Assembly (NCBI GenBank): GCA_023213395.1 | Contig: CM041465.1 | Coordinates: 21,638,001-21,702,000 of the forward strand | Length of the DNA stretch: 64,000 bases | Source: Cycas panzhihuaensis | Lineage: Eukaryota > Plantae > Cycadophyta | Reading direction: 5' to 3' | Shown here: positions 42,955-55,298 of the stretch, one piece after another | Numbering within the stretch: position 1 is the stretch's first letter | How the letters are laid out: every line of letters begins with the position of its first letter | Notes under the pieces: model-generated | Database searches by the model: none | What the model saw: the letters and a program-made list of their open reading frames with translations, nothing else | What the model was told of the DNA's origin: nothing | Translations under genes and position numbers: made by a program

Positions 42955-45066
42955 TTTATTTTACTTAAAAAACTAATTTTAAAATACTTCTCATAATATG
43001 AGATATTATGAAGAAATGAATGTTTATTATAAATTTAAGGTAATAAAAATAATTTTAAAATTATGATATAATATCAAATGTAAACAAAAAATATAAGACA
43101 ATAATTTGCCATCCATTTTCACATTCTTTATTAATATACCTAAGAGAGGCTCAATATTAGAATAATGTGTTTTGAGAAAAAACAAAAATACATACATAAG
43201 ACATAAAACCTATATAGTGGAAAGAAACCTTAATATTGAAGAGTTCTTATAACACCACATTCATGAAATACATTATAATTGATATAGGCTAGCCTTTAAC
43301 ACCCAACCTTAGGGTTATACAATACCTCCCGAGGTCTTGGGAAACTTTATGACTATCAATTAAGGACGGTATGCAACTTTTAATAAACCTCCACCTACAT
43401 TCACGAGGGATGTGGGGCTGTAACGGCAATTACGGGGATATTAGGAACATTTATTTAAAATACGAAAGTTTCTTTGACATAAACTCCAAACAAGTTGCAA
43501 GTCTAAAATTAACAAGACCCAATATGATAGATACTTTGTTTCACGTGGCATAAATATAATCTCGATAGCAGATGCGAGCTTCTGCGGGTGTTGGACGGAA
43601 GCATCAGTAAATTTAAAATCTACGTTTCACCGACAAGTCAGTCAAACCCTCCTCTCTAACACCGACCATACCCGGTATTCTAGTCAACATCCACTCTTTG
43701 AGGTCGTAATGTGTTCGTACTTTCCATACGTTCGCTTCGAGTGCAATATATTTTAAACATCAGAGTCTCAACAGCGTTGTAAGCATCGCACTGCCACGTC
43801 ACCACAGACCATCAGTCACATAGTTCACCGTCAACCATTTCAAATAGCCGTCAACCATTTCAAATAGCCTTTTTCGTCGACCTTCGTTCCTATCGTGGCT
43901 CTTGATCACACGCCGTTAACACAGAGTATCGTCCGGAGTCACGACTATCGTTGCAGCAGTAAAAATGTGATCAGTTAATCTCGGGAGACATTTCTCACGC
44001 AATACAGCACAACAGGTACCAAATGGGAGCACTCGCAGTCGTTTCGGTGCATGGAATAATATACATATTATTGAACCCGCGTTCTGAAATATTGCAATAA
44101 AAAGCTTCTTTAGACGATTCGAAGTGAATTTGGACGATAATCCTCCGTTATAACTTCCCTCAACATTAACATTTAAAACTTTTCAGTTCGAAGATGAAGG
44201 GTAATTAATTACTCGCTCTTTTTATGTGCATTGCGTGTAATTGTGGGGAGGTTCGAATACACAATGAACCATAGTATAAGCGATGCAAAAATCCGATACC
44301 TTCGATCTGCATGCAGATCCTGGAAAATGAAATATTACTTCAAGCAACGAATCTATGAAATTTATGTTACGGTACTGTGATGCCGACAATTTCAGGATGG
44401 AACCCACAGAAGAGACAATTGTTTTAGCAATTTACACAGTCTATATATGGTGTTTACTATTTGTCTATGCCGAGTATTTATCGGAATTAAAGCGTCCAAC
44501 AGACAAATTGCGGATCAGAATTATCTTCTTGCATCTCGAACTTCAAAACCATTTAAGAAAGTAAAATATCATTACAAGGAATCGAGAGAAATAGCCCTTT
44601 ATGTTAATAATGTAAAGTCCAACGACGCAAAACACAGAAACAAAGAAAAAACAACTAATCAACAAGCGTACGAAACAAATTGCATTGGCGCAGACGTATT
44701 CCTGTGCACCTAAAGAATGGAACGCGCAAAAGAAATGCGGCACGTTTCTATGATGATCACCTGTATAAGGTCGTTTCACACATCATATATTGGTTTCTTA
44801 ATGTGTTTAATATAATTGTCTGTGTCACGTGTTATTTTCCAAACCTAGACCTAGGGATGAAATCGCGGACTGAATGATTCTAACGAATCATAGAATACCA
44901 GAAGTTGTCGTAGGGAACGAAGAGCTGTCCGTTTGGCCCCTGTTTGCAGTTGCGATCCACCAGAAAGGTCGCGAAGGAAGTTCAATTGATCTTTCCAGTC
45001 CTGTTGATAATTCGACTAATCGTTGCTCTACTCCCCGACTGAAATTAGTGTGCTGTTGGTGCGAAG

Positions 45067-45950
45067 CTATACTCGGTTCTTGCGCCGGTGTGGTGGTAAA
45101 CCCGCTAAAAATTGTCGTAGGGGGTTCAACATATACGTTCTGCTATCGATTACTCCTTCCATTGTTCGACCGAGCTGATTTATTTGCTCCGGTTGATCCA
45201 TCCGCATGGGAGGCGAAGCAGTTACGGAGATTGTATTTGTGTTGCTAACTGTTAATCTTCCCGTCTCAGTGTTCTGTACTCCAAAACCGTGATGCAGGCG
45301 CATGAAAGGGTCCTGTTCAGGAAATCTTGGAAAGGGAGAAAATTGCGACAAGGAATTGTGGGGCATTTGCACAGAGGAGGGTTGGGGAATTAGGTAAATG
45401 GAAGTCGATAACTGCGAACTTTGAGCAGCCGGATTGCTCAGGCGATCCATTGGATTCATCTGAGTATAGGGAAAGCGTTGTTGCATTTCCACCATAGGAC
45501 CAAAAAGCATGGCAGGTTGCCTCATAGGCTGCATCATTGATAGAGACCGAGGTGACGCGCCCAACTCCGATGTCAGGAAAGGATAAAAGGCGGGTGCAGT
45601 CTGAGGTTGTTGTGATGCTGTTTGTCGTGAATTGGCCTGGTAACGTGCAAGCGATTCATCCGGAAAGTTAAGCTTGGCTCTGGGTCCTCTGAATTTAATG
45701 GCAGCATTATCGTATGCTCTAGCAGCATCCTCAGCTGTACCAAAGGTACCCAGCCAAACTCTGGTAGCCTTGTTCGGATCCCTAATCTCGGCAGCCCATT
45801 TACCCCACGGCCTTTGTCGCACTCCTCTATATCGTTTCCTTTTTGTCGCTTGATCACTTGCCTGACTGCTGGGATCGCCTTGCTCGGACTTCATTGCTGA
45901 CGATGGATTCTTTATTTCAGACGCCGTAGAAGAGTCTGCTTCATCTCCTC
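45067..45950 (-). CDS. AP2/ERF transcription factor, ERF group X (ABR1/ERF110/RAP2.6L-like), exon 2
   Basis: Intact AP2 domain [20 protein letters not shown]...[34 protein letters not shown]. Acceptor TTGCAG ends at 45951; a phase-1 join to exon 1 is in frame and gives a 435-aa product. Confidence 0.93.
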
Positions 45951-46072
45951 CTGCAACTGCATTAGGAGAGTCAAAGTAGTGGTAATGTTGGTATAAAACT
46001 TTAATATAATGATCAAGAAGAACATCATTGGAATAAGACAGGAAAGCGCAATACGGAATGCTAGTTGCTTAC
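45951..46072 (-). other. 122-bp GT-AG intron of the ERF gene (alternative in-frame acceptor 6 nt upstream)
   Basis: Donor CCG|GTAAGC, U-rich body, acceptor ATGCAGTTGCAG|GA; splicing restores the frame between the two ORFs. Confidence 0.88.
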
Positions 46073-46496
46073 CGGAGTCTGAACTAGGAGAATGCTGCGT
46101 TCTTCTGCTACGTTGATCACTCTCGGAACCGCTTCGTTTAGGTTGAGCAACTTGTGGCTCTGGGGGAAAACGGGATCCTCCCAAAGGAGATGCACAGGGG
46201 AGTTCCTGGTCTTGTCGGGGTCTCTTTTGCCGACTCGAGGAAGTGGGCTTGGTGTAGCCTGTTATGCGATGCTGGTCATTGGCCCCTCCACGCACGACGT
46301 GAGAGAGTGCGTCAACGATCATCGACATTTCCTCTTCCAACTTCATTGCAACATCTCCAGACTGCCCACTTGGCGTTTCACCCTGCTGCCTCGCACGCCT
46401 AAATCTTACATCTCCCTTCTTCCCCGTGGAATATTTGCCAGAGAATGGCGGCTTCTTCATCACGGCCCGCGCGGCGCGGCGTGTGGTTGCCTTCAT
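46073..46496 (-). CDS. AP2/ERF transcription factor, ERF group X, exon 1
   Basis: Contains EEEMSMIVDALSHVVRG, the N-terminal motif typical of group X ERFs. The start codon is uncertain because downstream in-frame ATGs exist. Confidence 0.88.
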
Positions 46497-49400
46497 TCAA
46501 CTCGCATCCACGTCTTTTCGGAAGCCTAAATTGCTTATTTATCCGAAAACAATTCTGAGGTTTGGTATTGCATTAACCTCAACCCAGCCGAGCTGTGGTC
46601 GATTCGGTCGGTCGACACGGGTTTAAGTCTGACTGCGCCCAACTTCGATTTTTCAAAGTTGGCATCCTGTCCGCGATCAACAAAAGGCGTTCACCCGACC
46701 CTTAAAAGTCTTTTGGTATAAACCAAAATATCGAAGAAGAAACTTTTTTAAATTGCCTATCTATCTTCTTCCCCTCAAAACCAGGCGATTTTGATTGTGC
46801 TTGCGTCCGCCTACGAGGGCTGCAGTGACCCAACGCTTTTTCACTCGTAAAGAAATCCCGGCCCTACCATTCTTTAAACCAACCGTATAAACGGTTCGTC
46901 CACTCAAAACTCTCCCAAAAGGGTTGGGACTGGCCGCACAGGTCAGCCCTGCTGCGTAACTTAAATGACATCCCATCGCTTACATCGCACCAATACCACA
47001 TCGAACAGATGGGTCGATTTCCGGTTTGAGCATAGGTCAAAGCCAAAGCACGAGCGCAGCTAGCTCTATAGTCTATTCTATTCTTCCTGGAATTGATCGA
47101 TTTGGACCTTTGCTCAGCGCATTCACATTCTAAAACGGTCACACGAGGGAAGTCATGATCAACACCGTGCACCATGGACGGTGGTAAAATTTACTCCTCT
47201 AAGCCTGCCCGTCAACTGACTATAAGACATACGCAAGTGTGGCATCTTTTCTCATGGAGGCCGACTTGGAAAATGACTTCCACACAAAGTTTAACTAACG
47301 TTGCACCCACGATGCTTCTCACCCTCCTATTCAATCTCGCCACCACCAAGAAGTAGATGCGCGTTGTATTCCTTTGCTCTTTAATTTATTCCTTTATTAC
47401 TAAACTATGTGAAAAGTATGCATTACAAATATCTACTTCCCATGAACCCTTTTTATCACATTAAATACTGCCCTCAAACATGTTGCTTTTATCAAAAACT
47501 ACTCGTGAAAAAGCACCAAAATAACACGTTGTCCACTCATAATCAATTAATTGCTAATAAGTCTTAAGAGTCTATAAGCATAAAAGATTAAGGATGCTAA
47601 TCACTTTACCACAATGACACTGGCATCTAAAACAATAATCACCATTGTACATAAGAATCATTAAAATCACATTCATTTTTTTTATAGTAACACTTATTAA
47701 TAAATTGAAACTTCTTTCTTCCAAACATAGTTTAAAAATTTCTTAAGCATGAATTTAATTAATCAAGAAAAAATAATATAGATTATTATTCGATCTACCT
47801 ATTAATATTAATAAATATGTTAACATTTTATAATGTGAACGCACATAAAAAATGATAAACCAAAATAGCATAATATAATACCATATACATAGGATCAACA
47901 TTTAAAACTCTAGTCTTATTAATTGTAGTGTATAATATTCACTATGAATATTATACCATAAAGTTATGTTCACAATATGTTTATCTTAAGTTGATTGATC
48001 ACACTATAAAATATAGGATTATTTTTATTAAAATAATCATACTAATAGAAAGTAAAATGTATATCTTGGAGAAACAATTAATAGAACATTATTTATTTAT
48101 TTTATTTAAACTATATATAGTTTATAATTCAAGCACCTAGAAAAGAGAAGAAAATGGAAGAATTTCTCAAAGCATAGATTACATACCAAAAGATGAGAAA
48201 TAAGCATATAAAGATAGAATATGTTAACAATGTAGCAGAGGCATCCAAATTTCATAAATAAAATGTTGCAACAACAATCAAGAATCCTTATATTACTTTT
48301 ATAATGGAAAAAATAAATCTTTATGTAGAATTCTAGGATAACTTTATGATTTCTATTCTTTAAAATAAATATAATGGATATCAATTCATAATCTATATTA
48401 TAATTTTCACTAAAATATAATCATGTTATTTCTACTTAGAAGAGTGGTGTTGAGCATTCAATTTGAGTAATGTAATTTATATGAATTAATTAACAAATTA
48501 TAAATTAAATCATAACATTTTCATAAGCAGACGTATATTTGAATTTCAGTAGGTAATATTTCATGGCTTCAGGGAATGGATTGAGATGGCACCGTACAAG
48601 TAAGATCATGTATATTTTCCTTTCCTTTTACCTTTTTTTTTTTTTTTTTAAATTATTGAGATGAGTAATGATGGTATGACTATCTAGCTGCCTAATTAAT
48701 CTCTTGCTTGTATGTGATCTTTTGCCTATGATGACTAGGACTCTGGTTCAATGGTAATATATAACTCCCACAGTGATTTTCCCCCTAATTAAGGGCACTT
48801 GCAGGCTTCTGTAGCCTAATTTACATAATCTCCAATTTGTTTCATGCCTCTTTTGGTCATATTTTCCCTTCCTCTTATGCCTCATTCATCTCTCAGTCTG
48901 CCTATGAGAGTTATCGAGGTCCCCCATGAGAAGGTGCACCCCCTCTTTCTTATCTCACATGAGGTTCATTCGTTTGTTTTTACTGATTTTTGCCATTTGG
49001 CACCTTTTCCATGAGACTTTAGTCCATTCCATTTTATTTCAAAGATGTTTCCCTTACTTGACAAGCCTCATGTCAATCTTGATTCGATGGATTTATCGTA
49101 TAGAAAGGAATTATGAGCCCTAGCCATTATTTCCTTCCTCTTTCCCCCCCACTTTTATTAAAGTTTATAATATTTTTTATTAACTATTTTATTAATTTTA
49201 GGCTTCTGTTGTAGCCCTACCTTGAAAGTTGTCCACCCTGCCCTGATAGTTACGCCCCACTAATATATTCGTAGGAGCGTGAATATATTAGCAGTATTGC
49301 AAATATTTTCATGCAATGACTATTATAATGTTACCTGCAGCTAGAAATGACTAGTTTCTATCATTTATTGCCCTCTGACACATGATCTTGCCTCGGGACT

Positions 49401-49946
49401 TGCCTAAATCGGGGCCTAATAGTCCTAAGAGGCCTTAGGAACAACAAAAGGGATTTTTGAATCCCATTATTCATCATTCTACACTTATGTAACTCTCTTC
49501 TTCTCAAAGGGAACACACTCAAATATAATTTTCTTACCATTCTTAGAGTAGTGAAGTAAAAATTGGCAAGAAATCAACTTAGAGGAAGGTTGAGGATCTC
49601 CCCATGCTCAGAAGTCAGTGAAGGCGCTTCTTGATCTCATCCTCAAGTCTAGATTTTCTTTCCAACAAGGCTTTCTTTCCATAGTAAGCTTACAACTTAT
49701 GTTAACATTCTCTTCAACCAATGAGTAAGCTCATTCTCTTCTAATTTTTACTATCAAATGCTTATATTTCTCCTAGTTTCTCCCATTATTTATTGTGGAT
49801 TTTTTTGATTTCATGGTTTAAAAACTATTTGCATACTTATTTAGAGTTTCCTTAGCATAAACTTTGGAGGCAACACCTCCATCATTTATAAAAACCTCTT
49901 GTTTCACTTACCAAACCACTAATTTGTGGCAAGTGGAGGACTTGGC

Positions 49947-50280
49947 TATTGGAAAATAATATAAGGAGTGTAGAGAAGAGCATGTGTGCACATTAATCTA
50001 TCATAAGAAAACATAAGTAAAGATCAATATTATTCAATCCATCTTGAAAGAGTACAATAAATTTCCAAATTGTTGGTGGTGTCCAAAGATACCAGGATTG
50101 AATAACCCCATAAATAAATAGTTACGATGGAGGAGGGAAACCTCCTCAACCTCTAAAATTCAAACAACATTAAAATAATATTTAACTCAAGTTAAAGTTA
50201 ACTTTACCTGACTTACCTTAACATGTGTGTGCTCACATATGCAAAATGTGGGAGTGGGGTGATGAGCATTAACCCCAACA
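49947..50280 (-). repeat. 3' LTR
   Basis: Direct repeat of 54965-55298. Confidence 0.92.
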
Positions 50281-50657
50281 TTCTACCCCATAATGGTCAT
50301 CACCATCATTCTTCATTTGTCCTTAAAGTTATGGTACTTATATTTGAAAATGACTTTGAAAACTTGTTATTTACTTTGATAATCAACATGCTTGAAAATG
50401 GCAACTTACTTCGTCATCTTATCACCAACGTGTCTTTTTAAAATCATATAGTAATGGTAGCTTCCAAGTAGGTCTTATTAATGTAGCTTGATGTGAATGA
50501 ATAGTAATGCCTTTGTATTAATCTTGGTCCTTCCTTGGAGTTAAGTTCTTGATACATATCTTCATACCAATGTAACATTAGAAACATTATTTTCAATGAA
50601 ATCTAAATTAATACAAGAAATGTTAATCTTTTCTTCATACGGTACCTGCTCTATCAT

Positions 50658-50990
50658 CTACCTCACGAGAAAAATATCATCAATATAGTTAGTACAATTA
50701 AAATAAAGGGAATCTTCCCTATAAAGTAAATCCAATGTGTTCCGTACTAATTTGAAAGTAGTCATTTCTGAAACATTTGAAAATATATTATCATCTAAGC
50801 TACAAAATAAAAATGCAAGAGCTTCATTGTTAAATTTTAAGTCTTCTTTGTTGTTAGGTTTATATGCATCCTTGATATATGTCCAAAGGTTATTTGACAT
50901 TAAGTGAGCTTTCATAATGGTCCTCTAAAATTAAAAACCATTCCCATTAATTACTGGTAAACTAATATTGTTTGAGTTCATTGCCATCAT
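50658..50990 (-). pseudogene. gag: Copia gag N-terminal region
   Basis: MAMNSNNISLPVINGNGFNF*RTIMKAHLMSNNLWTYI...NNEALAFLFCSLDDNIFSNVSEMTTFKLVRNTLDLLY matches the Copia gag N-terminal pattern. Confidence 0.75.
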
Positions 50991-53652
50991 ATAAATACTT
51001 TAGTACATAATCAACAATATGGCTTTTAATGAATGTTTAAATGAAAGTTTGATGAAAGAACTTTGTAAAGTCATAATGAGTATAAGAAAGAGATGTTCAA
51101 TATGCTCTTCTTCTTCAAATAAACTAGGAATATGAGCTAGTATATAAACTAGTGTTTTAAATTGATATATTTTGTAAGAAAAATGATATGCTCTTTTTGA
51201 ATGCGATATAATAAAAGATCCTTTAATGCTTTGAAATGTAAACTAAACCTTGTAGCTTTTAATGATTTTTGAGATAAATAAATAATGGTATTTTACAACT
51301 AAACTTTATAGCTTTTTAATCAAATAAGGAACTAAAGCTTTTTCCAAAAAATAAGATGACTTCTTTGTTAAATTATGCAAGATAATAAGAATGCTTAATT
51401 ATTCCTCTGTAGAGCAAAATAGCTATATAAAAACTTAAAATTTTAAAATAGAACCTTTGCTCGAAGTAATAAAAATACTAGAAAGTTGTATGTATTTAAT
51501 TAATAATATAAGAAATAAACATATTTAATATAGATTATATGCATTTGTGGATTTTGCACCACTTAGGTTGCTCGAAGCTCAAGATGCTAAAAATGATATC
51601 TTTTTGCTGTAAAATAGCTTAAAAGTGTATACAAAGACTAATAATAACTTCAAGAATTGATTAGTAATAACCAATATTTTAAATATAATCTTTTGAAATA
51701 ATGAATGCTCAAAAAAGTTATAAAATAAGCCTGTCTAGGGCTAAACAGGAAGCTCAAGTTAACTAGCTTCAACAACCTACAAAATGATGTCAAAATATAA
51801 TAAAACTAATTTTAACTTGTAGTACACTAAAATACCTTTCTAATGAATCTAATGGTTCAAAAACCAGAGTCCATATGATGACGTTATTGTAGAAAATATA
51901 ATCAAGCCTCTTTATAGCTAATAAGATAACAATTTAAAAAAGGGGCCAATTTGACTAATTAAAAATTAGCCAAAATGATCTCAAATTTAACAAGTAATGA
52001 TTCCACATTGCAGTATTCTGAAATATGGTCCTCATGAGACCAGTGTCATTGAAAACCGATATACCAATCATGAGTTATACCATTAAATGTGACTGAGACT
52101 CTTAATAAAAAATATAAATAAACCTTTAATAAAATAAATTAGCCCTTTTAAAAAATTGGTTACACAGTTATATGGGGTGGATTTAAAATACAACTCAGAT
52201 CTTCGCAAGAGTAGCATACCCTAAACACTTAGTAAACACTTATCCATTGACGAAGGCAATCGAGGTGAAAGAAAACTCTTAAAAAAATGAAAATAACTCT
52301 TAATTAACTTAAGACTGAGGTCACATGCAAGGCAAATCGAGGGGCTAAAACTAAGGGGGCTAAGCCCTTTTAAAATACAAATTTAAAATATTATAAACAA
52401 TAATTAAATTTCATTAATCTTTATAAACTTTAGGTAATAAATTAAATTGATTTAATATATCAAAACAATATAAAAAATAAAAAAAAATTAAATGGTTGTG
52501 GCCTTGTGACCTGTGTGATAATGCAGAGGCAAGAAAAATGTAAAACAAAGACCAAATGCCGATCTAAAAGATGCAAACTAAAGATTTGAGGTGCTGCAGA
52601 CTCAAATATAGAGTCAAATTAAGCCAAAAGCAGATCAAAATATGATTTTAAACTCACTTTTAACTAGATGTATGATGTAGTAAAAAGAGAAACACACAAT
52701 GATAAATTTGAGAATAGAGGCAAAATACAGTCATGGAAATCACTAGAATTTAATCAGATAGCTTTATAATTATCCACTAAAGAGAGATGCCCAGCTTCAT
52801 GGACCCAAATCATAAAAAAATTTCAAAAAATATTTGTTTTAAATGAAAAAATGAAGAAGAAATGAAGAAAACACTTAGATATAGAGGTTTTGATGATTCA
52901 AACTTCTTGTTGGATGCACATATCCTCACAAAATTTGAAACATAGCTGGATATATCTAGTGGCTTAAAGTTAGTAAAATTTCACAACGAATAGTTACCTG
53001 CAAAGTTAGAACGAGGCTTTGGACCAAAACAGGCCAAAAATAGATATATGTTAGCTCCAAGAGTGATATCTCTCAATACAATCAATGAAAAAATGTGAGA
53101 TCCTTTCTAGCAGTTAGATGACTCAGTTATAAGCAAAATAAGTAGGCATATTATATGGTTTTGAGCAACATAGGAGGTGCACGAGCTGGTTCTAAATCAA
53201 TAAATAATGGTTCCAAAAATGAACAATGGAGGATGTAAACAAAGCTGGGAATAAAATAACTAATAGAGTGAATTTATACAGCTAAAAAATGATCAAATTG
53301 ATGTGGATTCAATCACTGAAATTTTATTTAACAATGGAACTTTCAACCAATTAAAAATATTTATAAAAATACATAAAAACAAGATCATACTAGGGTTTAT
53401 TAGTGAGTCCACGTAGGGGTGATTTCACACAACTTGTACTCCTTACATGAGAAACGTATCCTAACAAAACTTGAGAGACATCTAGATATCCTTGATAGCT
53501 AACTCCTTGTAAATTTTTATGAAGATCTGGTGCTTATGTACTGAGAACTAAGCTATAGAGCTAATGATGGTTGCACATGCACTAGGAGGTCGTACAACCT
53601 ATAAAGTGATTCAAACAACCCTAAGACTGCTTTACGTAGATCCTAAGAGGCA

Positions 53653-54292
53653 TGTTGGATATTGTGACAACAATAGTTTGAGGCTAAAATTTTGGCATGT
53701 TGGCTACGCGGTTTCCCCCCCTAATCTTTCTCAGGGCGTTCCAAGGGGGGCAGGCCCTTGGCCGGGGGGTGGAGGGGGCGTGGAACGCCCCCCACTAAGA
53801 GGGGGTTCGGGGGCAATAACCCCTGACCCGAAAAATTAGCCCTGTAAACCATATTAAATTGTAAAGAGAATCAAGGTCGTTCAATACAAATACCCTAGAT
53901 CCTATGGTTGAAATTTATGCCTTGGATGACCCTCTCATGTAGCCCGATTTAGGGATTTTCTTATTATGTTGTATAAAATGTAATGTACTGTTATGAGGGT
54001 GGCGACTGGTTGTTATTCCTAAGAGCACTCTACGACTGATATGTACTTTTTCTCCATTCTACAACAATAAAGATCGATACCTTTCCTGTGTGGATGTTTC
54101 CCTAGCACACTGCTAGGGTTTTACCATGTTATATCGGGTGCATATGTGATGTTTGGCTTTTATATTGATGTTATTATATTATCTCTGATTTTAGAACTTG
54201 CATGTTAAATTTTAGTTTCAATTCCTATAACTAGTTATAAAATAGTTCAGATCTTGTGGCGATTTAAGGTTTGGGACCTTGTATTCTCAACA
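53653..54292 (+). mobile_element. Solo LTR of the Copia family seen at 63227, nested in the gag-only element
   Basis: TGTTGGATATTGTGACAACAA...TTCTCAACA; TSD AGGCA/AGGCC. Confidence 0.93.
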
Positions 54293-54807
54293 AGGCCTGC
54301 ACCCAAGTTCACTCAGTGAAGCAATAAATAAAATAAGAGAAAATAAGAAAATAAGAAGGGGGTAGTAGGGTTTCACTACCAAACTGATCAAATGAGTTTC
54401 TGGGTGAGATATCTCCATATAGGGGCAATAGTTTTTAAATCCATCAAATTCAGTACAAAGGTGGTTTAATGAGGATTCAAATGAGTAGTCATGTATTATA
54501 GTTATGAGTAACGTAGAAGCTGCACCAGCTTATTGAAATCACACAGCCTTACCCAACCTTTAAAAAAATAACGTAAAATAATAGAAAACTTAATATTTCA
54601 TTAATTAAATTCAGAAACCAACTATACCAAACTGTTGTTGGGCTGAGTGCACTCAAATTTATAGCAAATACTTGAAAAAAACATGAGTAATAAGCTTGTA
54701 TATATGAAAAAATTAATTATTTATCAAAAAATATATAAGAAAAACTATTGAAAACTATAGTATGAACTAAAACATTATTGAATAAACTTGTTGAGGCCAA
54801 TGTTGGA

Positions 54808-54931
54808 GCCAAGATCTCACTCTAAATGTTACAGAAAATAAGTGCCAAATGTTGCAGGCCAAGATCTATGCTTAAAGATTATAGAAAATAAGTGCCAAAT
54901 ATTGCAGGCCAATATCTATACTCAAAGATTA
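54808..54931. repeat. ~50-bp tandem repeat, ~2.5 copies, near the PBS
   Basis: GCCAAGATCT...AGAAAATAAGTGCCAAATRTTGCAG repeated. Confidence 0.85.
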
Positions 54932-54964
54932 CAAGCCCAAATAGATATATACTATGATACCATA

Positions 54965-55298
54965 TGTTAGAAAATAATACAACGAGTGTAGAGAAAAGTA
55001 GATATGCACATCAATCCATCATGAGAAAATATACGCAAAGATCAATATTATTCAATCTATCTTGAAAGAGTACAATCAATTTCCAAATTGTTGGTGGTGT
55101 CTAAGGACACCAGGGTTGAATAACCCTATAAATAAATAGTTGTGAGGGAGGAGGGAAACCTCCTCAACCTTTAAAATTTAAACAACATTAAAATAATATT
55201 TAACTCAAGTTAAAGTTAACCTTACCTGACTTACCTTAACATATATGTACTTACATGTGCAAAAGGTGGAAGTGCGGTGATGAGCATTAACCCTAACA
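54965..55298 (-). repeat. 5' LTR
   Basis: TG...CA ends, adjacent to the PBS. Confidence 0.92.

Larger units (their letters stand above)
43330..47400. promoter_or_regulatory. CpG-retaining (probably unmethylated) gene island around the ERF gene
   Basis: CG dinucleotides are frequent here and scarce in the flanking TEs. The island contains ACCGAC/GCCGAC, CACGTG and TTGAC/GTCAA motifs. Confidence 0.65.
49947..55298 (-). mobile_element. Non-autonomous Copia-type LTR element (LTR-PBS-long noncoding leader-gag only-PPT-LTR)
   Basis: 334-bp LTRs at 49947-50280 and 54965-55298; TSD TTGGC/TTGGA; PBS TGGTATCA (tRNA-iMet type) at ~54955-54962; PPT-like ATGGGGTAGAA at 50281-50291; no pol motifs seen. 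Confidence 0.88.

Noticed and set aside
45028-45069. Stop-codon readthrough of the ERF TAG
   Set aside because: The same frame closes again after 12 codons; the long extension is in a different frame.
44874-45248. Plus-strand 124-aa ORF, and 46092-46529
   Set aside because: Antisense shadows of ERF coding or 3' sequence with no recognisable motif.
45912-46496. Separate 194-aa gene with a hydrophobic C-terminus
   Set aside because: It is ERF exon 1 read through the intron; the hydrophobic tail comes from U-rich intron sequence.
48480-49946. LTR-like host repeat continuing at 55304-57126
   Set aside because: Probably TE-derived, but I found no termini, TSD or coding motif to support a classification.
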